Assembly: GCA_964016885.1 (NCBI GenBank)
Contig: OZ024741.1
Coordinates: 240,312,001-240,376,000 of the forward strand
Source: Eledone cirrhosa
Lineage: Eukaryota
Direction of reading: 5' to 3'
DNA length: 64,000 nt
Positions 13,851 through 28,698 of this stretch are shown one piece after another. A model generated the notes under the pieces. It had not been told where the DNA came from, searched no databases, and worked only from the letters and a program-made list of their open reading frames with translations. The stretch's first letter is position 1. Each line of letters starts with the position of its first letter. The position numbers and the translations under genes are program-made.

Positions 13851-15829
13851 GCAGTGACAGTGATGTTAGTGTTGGTTAAGTGGCATTTTGAAGGAATGGA
13901 AGTTTTCGTAGGGTGGTGTTAGGAGTGGTTAATGGTTGAAAGAGGGGGTGGAGGGTGTGGATGTTTTGTTGAGGTGGTGGCAGTGGTAGTGTGGTAGTTG
14001 GGAGTGATTTGACTAGAATATACAATGACAATGAGATATCAAAGGAGAGATCTAATGCCAGTGTTTGTTAAAGAATGAATTATACAATATTGATTGGATA
14101 TATTTTCTGTTAATAAGAGCCTTAGAAAAGAACTCACAGCCAAGCTAGTTCAACAACATATAACTATTTATAATGACAATTTAATTTATTCCATCTTCTC
14201 TTCATTGTTGAATTAAGCCTTGTTGTCACCTTTTAGGGTATTACAGGGAGCAGCCCAGCTATTATCTCTATCTCTTGTTTCTGTCCACAAACTCATTAGG
14301 CATTTTGTCAAACAAATACAGGTACGCCACTGATTTTCCAGCATTCTAGGTTCCAGACCCATGGTAAATTATGTGTTTTGTTGGTCTAACGTTTGTGATC
14401 TAATAATAATTCAAAGTAAATTGCAAAGAGATTACTGCCATGTTTTTCATAACGTTTTCACTACCAAACCTTCACAACAACTGTTTGTTTATTTACTAGA
14501 CAGTGGAAACTATTCAGCTCTAATAATATAAAGGTAAAAATGGTGTAAATTAAATTTAATGCTCTGTGCTAACTGCCTAAACCCTGGAACTCAGCACTCC
14601 CAGGAACTAGGGCAGGATTTATAGCAAGGCAGATGGAGAATTTGCCCCAGCCCCTCTATCATTGGGGGGGGGGGGGGGCTATCAGTGGGTGTGTGGCCTA
14701 GTAAGATAGATGTGCCCCGTGACTGTCAAAGGTGTGCCCTCTGATGGGCTTTTTGCTTTTGTTTAAACTCATCAGATTAATGCTTTTAACAAAAAGTACT
14801 TAATATCAATCCTGTTGTCAGTTCATCAACATTTCTCTACTTTAGAGACATCAAATCATTGCCAGAATAATATTTAATAAAACGTATTTTATCAAAATTT
14901 CTCTATTTTAGCAACATCAGATTCAGATGGTTGTAGTAGAAGGTAAGGGGATATGATTGTCCTGTTTTATGCAAGAATATGGTGTATATGCGTATGTATG
15001 CATGTGTGTATGGATGTATTTATAACTGTATATATATATATACAGTTGTGTTTGTGTGTGTTTTTAAGTACATTTAAGTGTGGAAAGTGTACTTAAAATG
15101 GTCGTTTTTTTCATTACTGTATGTATAACATGCATCAAGCCAACTTTGAAATGTAAACCTGGTGGTCTGTTGTGTATTTTAATTTTTTTGTGTCCTGAAG
15201 TGTCCTGGGCCCCCAAGTTCTAAATTTGGTCCTTTAAGGAACTGCTCTTGTAATATATTCATGAAGGGCATATATTTAGCTTTTTCTCATTCATGCTGAG
15301 AGACTGCATTCTCTTTAAGTGAAGATAAGTTCTCTTCAAAGTTATATTTCAAGAGATGGTCCTTATGAGGTTAGGATATAGTATTAGGTTTAGTTTTAAG
15401 CATTTACACCTTTACTTTATTAAAGTTAGGATGTGGAGGAGAGTAGTTTCACCTTTATAAATTATTTATAAGAAATGTTCAAAGGTTTGGTAACAGAAAA
15501 GTTATTAATAATGGTTACAGGGAATTCAAGAGTCTGCTCATAGATATATCTGGATTGTGAGGTGCTGGAGCATCAGTTGACAGAAAATTGTTGGTGAACC
15601 TGTAGTAGTCTTTGTAAAGTTGTGGTATATTCTTTATGGAAGTGAAGATTTGTATGTATGGACCTGTAAGTCCTTTTGGTATCACAGGGGTGCTATAGGG
15701 ACATACAGTGTGTCTTGGGCATTTAAAATCTTGTGGAGCCCACTCCCTTTCCATGTCTGAACATATCCGATTTCTTCCAGAGGAGAGAGAGAGAGTGATA
15801 GAGCGGAAGTAAGGAAGAAATATAGAGGA

Positions 15830-17000
15830 AGAATCGACTCCAGTATTAGTCTGGTACTTTTTTTTTATCAACCTTGAAAAGATAAAAGGCAAAGTTGACC
15901 TTTGTGGTATTTGAATTAAGAATGTAAAGAGCTGGAACGAATGTCACAATGCATTCCATTTGATGTTCTGATGATTCTACTAATTTGCCATCTAGTGAGG
16001 ATTTAGATAAGGGCAAATTAATTTTTTTTCACATATATTTTTATACACAGCTTGCAACTGGAGATAACAGCAATATAAATACCTTTTCAATAGTATTGTT
16101 CCCATATGTAGGGTTGAACTGTATTCATGCAGCAAGTTTGTTTGGGTTTTAACATGCTCATCTTTTCTATCTGTTATTTATTCAGCCACACAACTAAACC
16201 AGGACCAGCTATAGCCACACTCTCCACACAACAACTTTGTTTTACTACTTGCTGAGAATCTATTCTTTGTACTTACCTCATGAATATTAAAAATCTGGGT
16301 TTGGGCTTTCTCTTGTTTATGCTTCTGCATTTCATTTTTTTCATCTTCCTTTTTGAAAATCATGGCATGCTTCTTGGAATTGCTTCTCCTTAGATATAGA
16401 TATAATGTGTTTGCATAATAATAATTGTTTCTATTTTTGGCACAAGGCCAGCAATTACCCAGTGCATTACTGGTACTTTATTTTATCGACCCCGCTACAA
16501 GGTCAGATATAATGTGTTTGCATAATAATAATTGTTTCTACTTTTGGCACAAGGCCAGCACATACCCAGCGCATTACTGGTACTTTATTTTATCGACCCT
16601 GCTACAAGGTCAGAAATTTAGTGGGAGCACGGTGGAGCTTCTTGATACCTTAGCATTATTATCATTATTAATAAAGGCAGTAGATTGGCTGAATTGGCAG
16701 AGCATCGGGCATATGCTTTGTGGCATATAGTTATAACCTTTTACTTTCTGAGTTCAAATTCCTCTGAGGTCAGCTTTGCCTTCCTTCCTTTAACATGGGT
16801 AAACAAGCACAAACTTAGTGGGAGTGTACAATCAATTATAATCAACCCCAGTTGTTAGCTGCTATTTATTTTATTGATGCCAAAAGATGAAAGATAAATT
16901 TGATTTATAATAGTAGTATTTTAATTCAAAAATACATACAGAATTTATGAAGTACTATAAGGCACTTTGATTATCTTCTAATTTTATTAATTCATCCCCT
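15830..17000. mobile_element. cluster of MetaSINE-like fragments
   Basis: Fragments at about 15830-15990 (-), 16420-16610 (-, tandem duplicated 3' end), 16675-16790 (+) and 16800-17000 (-). Confidence 0.7.
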
Positions 17001-17577
17001 TCTACCAACCAACTGTGTCAAATAATAGTAATAGTTGTCTCTAACATAGGCCCAATGCCAGACATGTTTGGAGAGTGGTCAGTTTATTAAATTGTCCTAA
17101 GTACTTGATTTTATCTTTATTTTATTGGTTCCAGGATTACATAGGTTCCCGTTTTGAGGGTATGAGCAGTTGATCACATCAAGTTCCCTAACAAAGATAT
17201 GGTTATAGAAACAAGAATTTGTAGTATTGATGCCTCTCCTAAGAATAGAATAGAACCATTTTAGTCAAAAATCAAAACCACTCAGCAAAACTTGACTACT
17301 GTATCGCACCACTCATCATTATCGCCAGCATCATTATCATCATTTTATGTCCATTTTCTAAGCTGGCATAGACTAGCAAGGTCATCATGATCTAAGACGA
17401 GACAGGTCAGAAAACCACCTCTTGCTCATATCTTTCATATGTTGGCATGGTTTGTATGCCAACTACTTTACAGTGTGTTCAAGGTGCATTTTATCATGGC
17501 ATCAGCATTACCATTTACAGAGTGTAGTGGGTGCATTTTATTGTGGTACAAGCACTACCACTTGACAGAATGTAAAT

Positions 17578-18305
17578 GATAACAATAATGAAATTATTTT
17601 GTACAGTGCTCAGGTGCACTAAACTCCTCAAAGGTGCATGTATAGTACACAGAATAATGTACACATGTCAAGAAAGTGAGCAGTGTGTAAGTCTTGATAT
17701 ACACACAGATACATGCCTACATGCATGTGTATGGGTGGGTGGGTGGGTGAGGGGGGGATATCAGGTGTAGTCTTGGCGAATTCTGGGAAGCATGGAGGTT
17801 TTGAAGGATGCAGTGTCCCGACAGCTAACAATTGATCTAGGTAGTTTATTCCATGCTTCAGTAACTCTGAGCATGAAAAGATGTTTCTGAAAGTCATGGG
17901 AGCTGTGCTGTTTTCTGACTTTGTAGGCATGCCCACCTGTGTTAGACACATGGAATTCTAAAAGGTGCTTAGGGTTGTTGTTGGCAAGATGGTTAATAAT
18001 TTTGTGGGTGTTTACCAAGTCAGTTGCCAGACGTCGGAGCTTCAATGTATCCATGCCCAGGGAAACAAGGCTTATGGAGAGTAATCGCTTGGTTACACAT
18101 CTCTGAACAGTTTCCAGGAGGTCAATATTCTGAGCAAGATAGGGGTTCCAGACTGGTGATGCAAATTCTAAGTGTGGCCACACCATAGCTATATACAGCT
18201 TTAAATAAATACCTGGAGAGTGGCTGACAAAGGTCTTGCTGAGTGATGCCAAGACACCCTCGGCTTTCTTGACAATTTTAGAGATGTGCTTTGTCCAACG
18301 CAGTA
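17578..18305 (-). mobile_element. CR1-clade LINE 3' end, same family as 3578-4425
   Basis: ORF 17761-18252 LYIAMVWPHLEFASPVWNPY...LRVTEAWNKLP; same 3' end gtgcacctgagcactgtac. Confidence 0.88.
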
Positions 18306-19635
18306 TTTGACTCAGTATTTGACTGCTACTTTGTTTTATTTATCCATGGAAGGATGGAAGGTAAAGTAGATTTTCATGGGATTTGAGCTTGGAATGTAAT
18401 GAGTTGTCACCAAATACTGTGAGGTACCTTGTCCAACTCTCTAATAATTCTGCCTATCCACCACACTATATCAGCAGCAACCACAAGAAGAACAATAATA
18501 ATTGTTTCTACTTTAGGCACAAGGCCAGCAATTACCCAGTGCATTACTGGTACTTTATTTTATCGACACCATAAGGATGAAAGGCAAAGTCAACCTCGGC
18601 GGGATTTGAACTCTAACAATAATAATAATTAATAATAATGGTTTCTGATTTAGACACAAGGCCAACAATTTTGGGAGAGAAGAAAGTTGATTAAATTGAC
18701 CCTAGTGCATTACTGGTACTTTCTTTTATTGACCCCGGAAGTGTGAAAGGCAAAGTTGATCAAAGCAGGATTTGAATTCAGAATGTAAAGGGCTGTAACT
18801 ATATGCCATAAAGCATGTTGTCTGACATTCAACCAATTCTGCCAATCCACTGCCCTTTAATAATAATGGTTTCTGATTTAGGCACAAGGCCAACATTCTT
18901 TTGGAGGGGAAAGTCAATTATATCGACCCCAGTCTGTTACTGGTACTTTATTAGCTAACTTTGATGGGATTTGAACTCAGAATGTAAAGGACCATAACTC
19001 TATGCTGCAAAGCATGTTGTCCGACGCTCTACCAATTCTGCTAATCGATTTGGTTACAATAATGGTTTGTTATTTAAGTACAGCTCTTTAATAATAATAG
19101 CAATAATTGTTTCTACTTTAGGCACAAGGCCAGCAATCACCCAGTGCATTACTGGTACTTTATTTTATCGACCCCGTAAGGATGAAAGGCAAAGTCAACC
19201 TCGGTAGGCAATGGTCAGAAATTTAGGGAGAATGGTTAGTCAATTATTCTGATCTCACTACTTGACTGGTACTTTATTTTGTTGACCCTAGAAGTGTGAA
19301 ATGCAAAGTTGACCTCAGCAGGATTTGAACTCAGCATATAAAGAGCGAAAGCAAATACTGCTTAGCATTTATCTGATGCTCTGATTCTACTAATCCACTG
19401 CCCTTTTAAATTACTTTAGACACAAAGCTAGTAATTTTAGGTGGTAGGGAGGGGTTCAGAGAGTTACTTAAATTGACCCCGTCATCTCTAGTACTTGACT
19501 GAAGTTGATTTATTTTATCAATGAAAGGTAAAGTTGATTTTGGCAGAATTTGAACTCAAAATGTAAAGAGCAGTAACTAAATATCTCATGGCACTTTACC
19601 CAGCTTTCTAATGGTTCTGCCAATCCATTGCCCTC
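18305..19635 (-). mobile_element. head-to-tail array of about 7 MetaSINE-like copies or fragments
   Basis: Repeated ggcacaaggcca...actggtactttattttat.gaccc...gaaaggcaaagt...ggatttgaactcag, separated by (TAA)n. Confidence 0.85.
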
Positions 19636-19696
19636 TAACAACAGCAACAACAATAATAATAAAGATGATGATAATAATAATAATAATAATAATAAT

Positions 19697-20025
19697 TTCG
19701 ACACGAGAGTGCAAGAGAAGGAGAGGGAGAAAATTAACCGATACCAGGACTTAAAGTGGGAGGTAAAAAGGATTTGGAACTGCCATGAAGTCAAAGTGGT
19801 CCCGATTGTCATAGGTGCACTAGGTACTATCTCAAAATGTTTCCAGGGATGGTTAAAGAAAATTGGCCCCTTCACGCTTTTTGGAACGCTTCAAAAGGCA
19901 TGCTTGCTGGGAACAGCAAGAACCCTCCGATACGTCCTGAATATCTGAGGCTGCAGGTAGTGGCTTGATATTCATTTCAACAAACTTTCCAGTTAACTAA
20001 CATCAATGACTGAGACTCAAAGAAC

Positions 20026-20069
<44 letters not shown>

Positions 20070-20080
20070 TAATAATAATT
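19697..20080 (+). mobile_element. R4/Dong-type non-LTR retrotransposon 3' end (restriction-like endonuclease) in (TAA)n
   Basis: EKEREKINRYQDLKWEVKRIWN..VKVVPIVIGALG...LQKACLLGTARTLR is a typical RLE C-terminus; (TAA)n on both sides, the known Dong target. Confidence 0.85.
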
Positions 20081-20999
20081 CTCTCTTAAATTAGTCACTC
20101 ATGAAGAAATTAAGATCTGTGATTTTTAGCAAAGACATCATAAAACAAATTATAGCAGAGAAAGACCAATATTTTCCCAAAATGTCTGCCATAAAAATCA
20201 TTGGTTCCTAATTGAAGCAGAAGTGTAGTTGGATTATAGGTTATAGTCTTTGTAATGTTACTGTTAGTAAGCAGAGATTAATGTTCTCTTTGGGAGGAGG
20301 AGGGAGTAAATAAAATGATAGCAAGTCACAAGATATGACAACCATTATGTATTCAGTAACCAAACAACTATATTTTCTCTGATCTTTATAGCTTTCACAA
20401 TAACCTCTGCACCAAACTTCATTAATAACATTTTATTGCTAACCTTTTTCTCATTATCTTCATTATTATTACCACCAACACCACCACCACTACCACCATC
20501 ACCATTCTTCTTATTGTTTTACACAGTATTGATGTTTTGGTTGGTGTAAGTACACTTCCTATCAGAGCATAATCCATGGTCTAGGATGAGAAGTCTTCTT
20601 GTCCTTCTTTTTATTATGGTCCTTCCATACTGTTCATAACAGGCTTCATTTTGTGTCAAAGACTTTTGGATAACTTTTGCTGAGCACCTCATCCACTTCC
20701 ATGTTAAGGTCTAACCCTTCAAGCTTTACTTTTTTATTTTTTTCTATGACTTCCAAACACAGGGCGAGTGTCATAACATTTGCACCTTTTATAAAATTTT
20801 AGTTGAGAGGTAGGGAAAGTATTTCTAATTCATAAAATAATTGATAATGGAGTGGTGGCCTCCTAGGAATTTACCTTGAATTATTATAATACAATGTTTG
20901 TTAGACCTGCAAAACATATATTCCATCACAGGTATGAAACGAAAGGTGCAGTAAATTTGCTATTCTATGTATGTATATATATATGTATATATAATCATT

Positions 21000-21372
21000 G
21001 CATTCCTTCATCAACTCCTTTGTAAGTCTCAGCAATTTGAGGTCAGCTTCCATCACCTTTGCCTAGGTCTTTCTTGGTCTGCTTGCACTGTGGCTTCCAC
21101 CCACTGGCATTTCTTGGCAATTCTTCTCGCTCAGCTCGCCCAAGCTCTGCCTTTCTCTCACACTTATATTGCACATCCAATGAAGCATGGCTGCTTCATT
21201 TCTCTCCAGTCTACACATGTCCGCTGCAGTCACAGCACATGTTTCACTACCATGAAGCATCGTATTTCATATGCAGGCATCATACAGTCGTCCCATTATA
21301 TGCAGGGAGAAACCTTTTGTAGTCAACAGTGGGAGTAGCTCTCTAAACTTTTTCCATCCTTTCCTCCACTGC
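21000..21372 (-). mobile_element. RTE LINE fragment
   Basis: [40 protein letters not shown]. Confidence 0.85.
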
Positions 21373-21375
21373 TGC

Positions 21376-21443
<68 letters not shown>

Positions 21444-21699
21444 ATAGATGACCAAACTTAAAAAAAGATATTTGACTACCATCTTGTAGATCATGAGTTC
21501 ATATTCACCTGCAGGCATTTCATTGTCTTTGGTGAAAGAACTAAATTTCTTGCTGTTCACTCACTGTCACATTTGAAAGGATATTCTGGGATTGTTACTA
21601 TCAATAGATTGATATCTTCTGATGCAGGCCTTGACTGATATCTCATAGAATTCTCTTATAAATACCAGCTTTATCAATCTCTTGTACTCAGGCCTGCAC

Positions 21700-21980
21700 A
21701 CAGCTGGATGTAGGTTCAGGTCAGATGTAAAATGTAGGCCCCTAAGCTGGTGAAAGGCTTAGGTCAGATTTAAAATGCAGGTTCCCAAAGCTGGTAATAG
21801 GGCTTCATCAGAATTAAAGTGTAAGCCTCTCAAATCTGGCAATAAACCTAGATAAGATGTGAAATTTAGACCGTTTCAAACTGCTCATTAAGTATTTTAG
21901 TAATCAGTGCTAAATGGATGATTTATGTGTGAATTACTGGTATAAACATGCCCCAAGTAGTGTACATGGTATACTTACAA
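21700..21980 (+). repeat. dispersed repeat containing a minisatellite of about 38 bp
   Basis: Unit cagatgtaaaatgtaggc..caaagctggtaataggc; same family at 33340-33800 (+) and 35440-35770 (-). Confidence 0.7.
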
Positions 21981-22499
21981 GTAACAGAACTGAATGAAAG
22001 AAATATAACTTGAGAAGAGAAGCCATGCAAATTAGTTTATCTGTCTCTGCAAATGTGGCCTGCTTTTGTATTTACATATACATTGTTTTTTATATACACA
22101 CAATAACATTTATATAAACACACCATCATACATTCAGAGATGCATAGATATACATGTATGCACACATGTGTCCATATTTATTTTAAAGAATAAAATAAAA
22201 TAAACTAAATAAAATCTGAAGAGAAATTAATTTATTTAACATTTTTTTAAATTTATTTACAATAATTTCAATTTTCATAATTGCATGTACAGTATTTATT
22301 ACATCACTTGTTGAGTTTAACAAAGCTGAGAAAAGAACTAAGGATTTCTGAAAAGATGACTGCTGCTTTTTTGTTTTTTGTAAATAAAACTTTAAACTAT
22401 AATCTCTTAACCAGTCTCATTATATAATATCATAAAGATACATTTAATGGAACTTTATGTGATTGCTAGACAACGATTGTTTTATATATTAAAATGACT

Positions 22500-23570
22500 T
22501 TTCATAGAGGCACAAGGCTCCAGATTTATAAGGGGAGAAACCCAGCACTTGTTTAGTATTTATTTTATCAATTTTGAAAGAATAAAAAGTAAAATCAACC
22601 CTGGTGTGATTTGAATTCAAAACATAGGGGGACACAAGCCATTTTCTCCAATACTCTACCAAATCTGCCACGTTGCTAATAATAATAATAATAATGATTT
22701 CAGATTTAGGCACAAGGCCAGCAATTTTGGGGGAGGGGAAAGTCAATTAAATCGACCCCAATGCATGATTGGTATTTTATTTTATTGACCTTGTAAGGAT
22801 GAAAGGCAAAACTAACAGCAGCAGGATTTGAACTCAGAATATAAAGGACTGTAACTCTATGTCATAAAGCAGGGTGTCTGACACTCTAGCGATACTGCCA
22901 ATCCTAATAGTTTCTAATATAGACATAGGAAAGGTATAATTAATATAATTGACCCTACTCTTTGATTTAGTGATTATTTTATTGATGACATCAGAAGATG
23001 AATGTGGTATTTGAACTTAGAACAGAAAAGGATCTAAATATACTGCCCTGGGGAGATTCAGTTACTATTTTTAGCAAGTTGTGTAGCCATATAGAGCATC
23101 ACATAATGGCTTGATTTACTCCTTTATTGAGAGTTATGTGTAACTGTTTGATACAGATAATACTGAGTATGAACTCTGGAAGATAAGTTTTTCACAAACA
23201 TGACAAGCAAATGTGGAGTTTGAGGGTATTTAACCCTTTTGATACTAAACCACCTGAAACTGCCCCTGATTCTGTGATATAAAGTTATGTATTTTGAAAT
23301 ATATTTTTCTAAAAACCTTCCACATAATTTTATGTAAGAACCAACTGAACACCAACTTAATAATGAGAAAGTTCTTATATTTCCAAAACCTTCAAATTCT
23401 TGATGATTTGATAATCATAGACAGTGTCTTTCATTAGAAATATAATAATAATTGTTTCTACTTTAGGCCAGCAAATACTCAGTGTATTACTGGTACTTTA
23501 TTTTATCGACCCCGTAAGGATGAAAGGCAAAGTCAACCTCGGCAGGATTTGAACTCAGATCGTAAAAGAA
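22500..23570 (-). mobile_element. MetaSINE-like copies plus TTAA-CCC MITE-like repeat
   Basis: SINEs at about 22500-22680, 22690-22905 and 23445-23570; ttaacccttttgatact-starting repeat at 23230-23440 related to 32556-32810 and 59900-60196. Confidence 0.7.
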
Positions 23571-26414
23571 TAATCTAGTCAACAGAGTAAATCAAATATC
23601 AAGTTTGAAACATGTCTTCTGTCCCTCTGTCTATTTGTGAAGGATGGGCGATGTCATATATTTATAGAGTTAGAAATATGGAAGATTAACTTAGTGTCTT
23701 AAGTTTTCATAAACAAAATATTTGAAGTTTTTATGTATAAATATTCCAGACATGTAGAATAATCCTGCAGAAATATCTAATCAGTTTGATGTGAAGATAA
23801 GATTATGATGAGTATTAAAGAGCTTCTGGATAAAGAACATTTGGATATAGCAATCAGAAATTATTCTTTTCTCTGGATAGTGTTTGGAAGATTAATTGTC
23901 AGTTTAGTTTTATTTATAATGCAACAACACCCCCAACAGTAGACACAAATATAATTGCTCCTTTTTCCACAAAAATATGAAAAACAGCATATGATTTATC
24001 TACTGGACCTACAAATTTCAATTCAAAATAAATGGTACATTGTAAATGTTTTATGCAGGAATAGGGTTTAGGAACTAGTGATATGCTAAAGTTTGTGAAG
24101 CTGAAGTTGCGAGAGAGTGGGTATAAACGCTATAACCCCCCCCCCCCGAAAAGTAACACACCATCTCACTGTGTATCCCTCTCTATTTTCATCACTGGCT
24201 GTATGTAAAATGGAGATGCAACTTATCTACCAGTATGATTTATAAATGAGTATATACTGTATGATGCATAAAATGGTTTGCAGACAAAGAAATTTTAAAG
24301 AACTTTTAATTATATTTTAAAAAAATGTAATATATCAACATTTATATATTTTGTATCAATAATTTACTGCTATATATTGAAAATAATTCAGTTAATGTCA
24401 TTTTGAAAAAATTATCATTTACTTGTTCACAAAATTGTGAAAGGGTTTGAGAATTTATTGGAAAATTTTGGAAGCCACTTTCATTTATATTCACTGGAAT
24501 GTTAAATGATAATGATGATTTGTTTATGTATTTCTTTGCTAGTTACAAACTGAACCCCTTGAATGTGGTAACCTTGTGACCAGGCTATTGTCTGACTACA
24601 GAAAAATGCTAGAAAACTAAACTTGACCTCTAAGGGGAGCCACTATGTAAACATAGTCTTACCATCTCATTCCACACATATATTGATGTATTATCAAAGT
24701 TAGAACAAAGCTTAAAACAACACAACATGTTTCCAAACATGATTATAGACACTAGCATCACCATTTGCACCTCTTAGTCTTTTGGATGACATATTTAGCT
24801 GGAATTTAGCTGTTCAGAATAAGAAATGAACAGGACTGTATCATAAAACACTTGGTTGTGGTTAACAAAGTTTAACAACTTATCTCTACTAACAGCTGCC
24901 TTGATGCCTGATTAGCAAAAAAATGGAGGCTGATTTCAAATATGTTTGCCCATGGGAGTTGCTGGGCCATGGCATGCTGGATTTACATGGTTTAACATGT
25001 GTTCATTTATGAGAGTCAGCCACATATTTCAATTAGATTCCAATCAGGCAGGTTTGTTATCTATTCTACAATATGAATACTGATTGTGTCAGTCATTGTT
25101 ATAAATATTTTGGTGCTATGGCAGATTGTGTAGTTCTGTTGAAGCATGAATTTTTCCCAACAGATTGAACATTTTCAAGCTTAAATGATTAAATGTCTAA
25201 AATAGGTTGTTACTATTGAGTTTAAGATTCTCTGGACAATTTACCTAATGTTTATACAGTCATCATCATCATTATCATCATATGTCCACTTTCCATGCCA
25301 GTATGGGTTGGATAGGTTGTCATGATTCATTATCATCAAGTTCCTGCAACTGGTACAGACAGTCGTTGGGGTGCCATGCAGTCAGCAGTCACCATTGGCC
25401 TCTATCCATCTAGATTGTGGTGTTGTGATCTATTCAGTCCTTGATGTTGTCAGACCAGGATTTTCTTTGCCTCTTCTTCCTCGACTGTTTTCTGTAGGAT
25501 AATGTTAGACCGAGAGTAGTGCTGGGAGACTTGACTGTTCCAAGCAAGCTTTTGTTTTTTTTACTATTGCAAGGAGTGGTTCTTGTCTGCCAACAGATTT
25601 ATTGACTTGCTGCATGATCAAAGTCATTTCTTATTCAGAGTTACTACAATTATAGGCAAATTAGAGAACTATATATTGTTAGGCTTTGGTGTTTTGTGCA
25701 CCTCAGAACATTTTGGGTGGGGATTCTAATTTCTCAGGGAATTTTCTGATCAGCTTCTACAGTGAACCTTCTTTAAAATAATGACTTTAAGGAATGTATT
25801 TCAGAATGTTTTTTATAAACTCTATTTTCTAAATCTAAGGGGACACCATTGAAAAGTAGGTTAGTAATGTCATCCAGTGCTCCCCTTCCTCTTTAGTGAT
25901 GAACCTGGCTTTTACATCACATTTTTGGCATAGTCTATGGCTCAATGTCCTTCCTAACACCAATCTCTCTACAAAGTGTACTGGGGTATTTTATCATGGT
26001 ACCAGCATCAGTGAGATTGTTGTGTCCTCAGTAAGACTGAGGTGTCCTTTCAACCTAACACTTTCTCTACTCATTCACCAACCACTTTATAGAGTGTACT
26101 GGGTACATTTTATCATGGCATCAGCAGTAGAGAAGTTGTTATGCCCTTGGAATGACTAAGGTGTTATCTCAACTTAATATTATTGCTACACATTAATCAA
26201 ACATTTTAAAGAGTGTGTTGGGTGTATTTTATTGTGACACCAACACTAAAAAGTTATCTTGGCTCTCGCAATTCTAAAAAGTACTCACTAAATTTTGTCT
26301 TTGTCCATATCAAGCAACATAATCCAAATTCAGTCACTTACCATTATCAACTATCTTATTTATAGATATTTACTTTGTCCCAGACTAGATTCAAATTAGG
26401 CATTATTTTTAAAT

Positions 26415-26610
26415 TAAGGGCAATGGATTGACAGCATCGGTAGAGCGTCAAACACCAAGCTTTGCCTTCTGAGTTCTGGCCCTTTACATTTTGAGTTCAA
26501 ATCCTGCTGAGGTTAACTTTGCCTTTCATCCTTACGGGTCTAAAATAAAGCACCAGTAATGCACTGGGGTATTTGCTGGCTTTGTGCCAAAATGTAGAAA
26601 CAATTATTTC
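26415..26610 (+). mobile_element. MetaSINE-like SINE
   Basis: gagttcaaatcctgctgaggttaactttgcctttcatccttacggg...gctggctttgtgcc. Confidence 0.8.
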
Positions 26611-28362
26611 TAAACTAAGTATAACAATGTCTTCCTTAATCACTGAATTAGTTCCATTTCTTTATCAATAAAGATACCTAGTTTGAATTCCCCCTGATAT
26701 TGTGTACATACCCAGGAAGGAAATATTACCATTAAGTAAAGATATTTTTTTAGAGACGTTTGCCTGAAGTGTTTTTGTATTTCTCTTACTGTTTGAAATT
26801 ATTTCTATATTTATCTGATCTGAAGATAAAATATTTGTCTACACTACCCTCCCAGGAATATATGGATGAAAAAGATTTCATTTGTTTAGAAAGTTATGTT
26901 ATCTACATAGACTAAACATCCTCTAGTGTTATAAACTTATGAATTGAAACAAAACTGGTGATAGTTGCTTCCAATAGGATCCTCTAGAAGGCTTGTTTGA
27001 GAATACTGTCACCACAGTCTGCTTAGGAATAGGAAAGAAAGGAAAGAAATACTGAAATATTTTTTTTATTAGGCTTTATGTATAATTGAGGCCTTCTCAA
27101 AAGATTTGAAGAAATCTTCAGACACTACTTTAAAAAATATATTTTCCAAGTTATTCAGCGGTTTTTGTTCAGTCTTTATGAAGCTTTTTGGTGGGAATTC
27201 TGTTTCTCTTGAAATCTTTGATGATTTAAAACATAATGGTGTTAACTAACAAATATTTTCAATTATTTCTTGTCCTCTCAATATCATCATAGTTTGTACT
27301 TGCAATAGCTGTAGACTCCCTCCACCTAAGAAAACCTATCACATCTGGCCCACATCTACTCTTGCCTCACTTTCCAGATCCAGCATTAAATACTGTGTTG
27401 AGCACTTTCTTTTCAGAGCTGTAACTGTTTGGTATTCTAACTACACCCATATTTCCTCTGCTGACTTTAATCTACAGATGCTGAAGCTGCTCATTAACTA
27501 CATTCTCACATCAGTCTGGAAGGACATGGGAAATTCATGGGTACTGTCCCTTCTCTTTTCACAAACATATAAATACCATATGCAACAACAGCCTATATAT
27601 ATATAGTAACAATATGACCACTGCCTACAGTTAATAGTGTAAAGGAAAGAATAATGGATGCCATAATAAGTAGAGTGGCATATGTCTTGCAGTATTTAGT
27701 TTCATCCTTCAACATTTTACATTTAAATCCCACGAAGGTCAGCTTCGGCTTTCATTATTCTGTGTACAATAAGTACTAGTCAAGTATTGAGGCTAATATA
27801 ATGGTCAATAGCCTGTTTCAAAAGCCAGGGCTATGTATACATATATATATATTTATATATATATATATATACACGCGCACACACACACACACACATTTGT
27901 ACATAGATATAACAGAGAGAAAGAAAACATGGGAGATAAATAGATAGGAAGATAGAATGAGAGTGAAAGAGAATGAGAGAGAATGGAGATGAGAGAGATA
28001 AAATGAGACTATACTTCTTGTTTAATACTCTGTAAAGGCCATCACCATGATGAGTATATATTGTCTGATTTGTGTGTCACAATATTGAAGCATTAGAGAT
28101 ATTTAGAAATATTAGTCCATTAGTATTCAGGCTAATATGGCTTTAAAAATAGGAAATAGAGAAAACAGAAACAAAGAGATCTATATATGGAGAATGACAC
28201 AGAGCCTGTTTCTTCAATAAAATGTTAGTAATGGCAGGAAGAGGTGGGCAGTGGATATTACAGGAGACAATATTGGGGAACAAGTCAATTTGGATGTGGA
28301 TTTATACACACACAGACACACACATGTACATAAATATACACACACAGATATGCAAATATGCC

Positions 28363-28406
<44 letters not shown>

Positions 28407-28698
28407 TATATAGAGATTGATAAAATAAAAAAATAATAAAAAAATAAAATAGTAACAAATAATAAAAAAATCTCCAGAGTCTAAAGCAGCTGCTATATTT
28501 TTAGCTGGTATTGTGTTTTCGGCTAATGCTATATAGAATTTACTGGGGTGGGGGATACTGAGTCTACAAAAGCCTGATGGGCTGCCCCGTGGTAGGCAAA
28601 AGAGGAAAAAGGAAAAGAAAAGGGAGAGGGAGTGGAAGGAAGTGAAAAGAAGAGTTAAAGGGAAAAAGAAAAGAAGTACATATATAAATATATATATA

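Noticed and set aside
16276-16390. Candidate minus-strand exons (here, about 36030-36140 and about 60715-60860) and short open stretches at 1-130 and 27073-27250
   Set aside because: Weak or one-sided splice signals, no recognisable protein similarity, and no consistent gene model.
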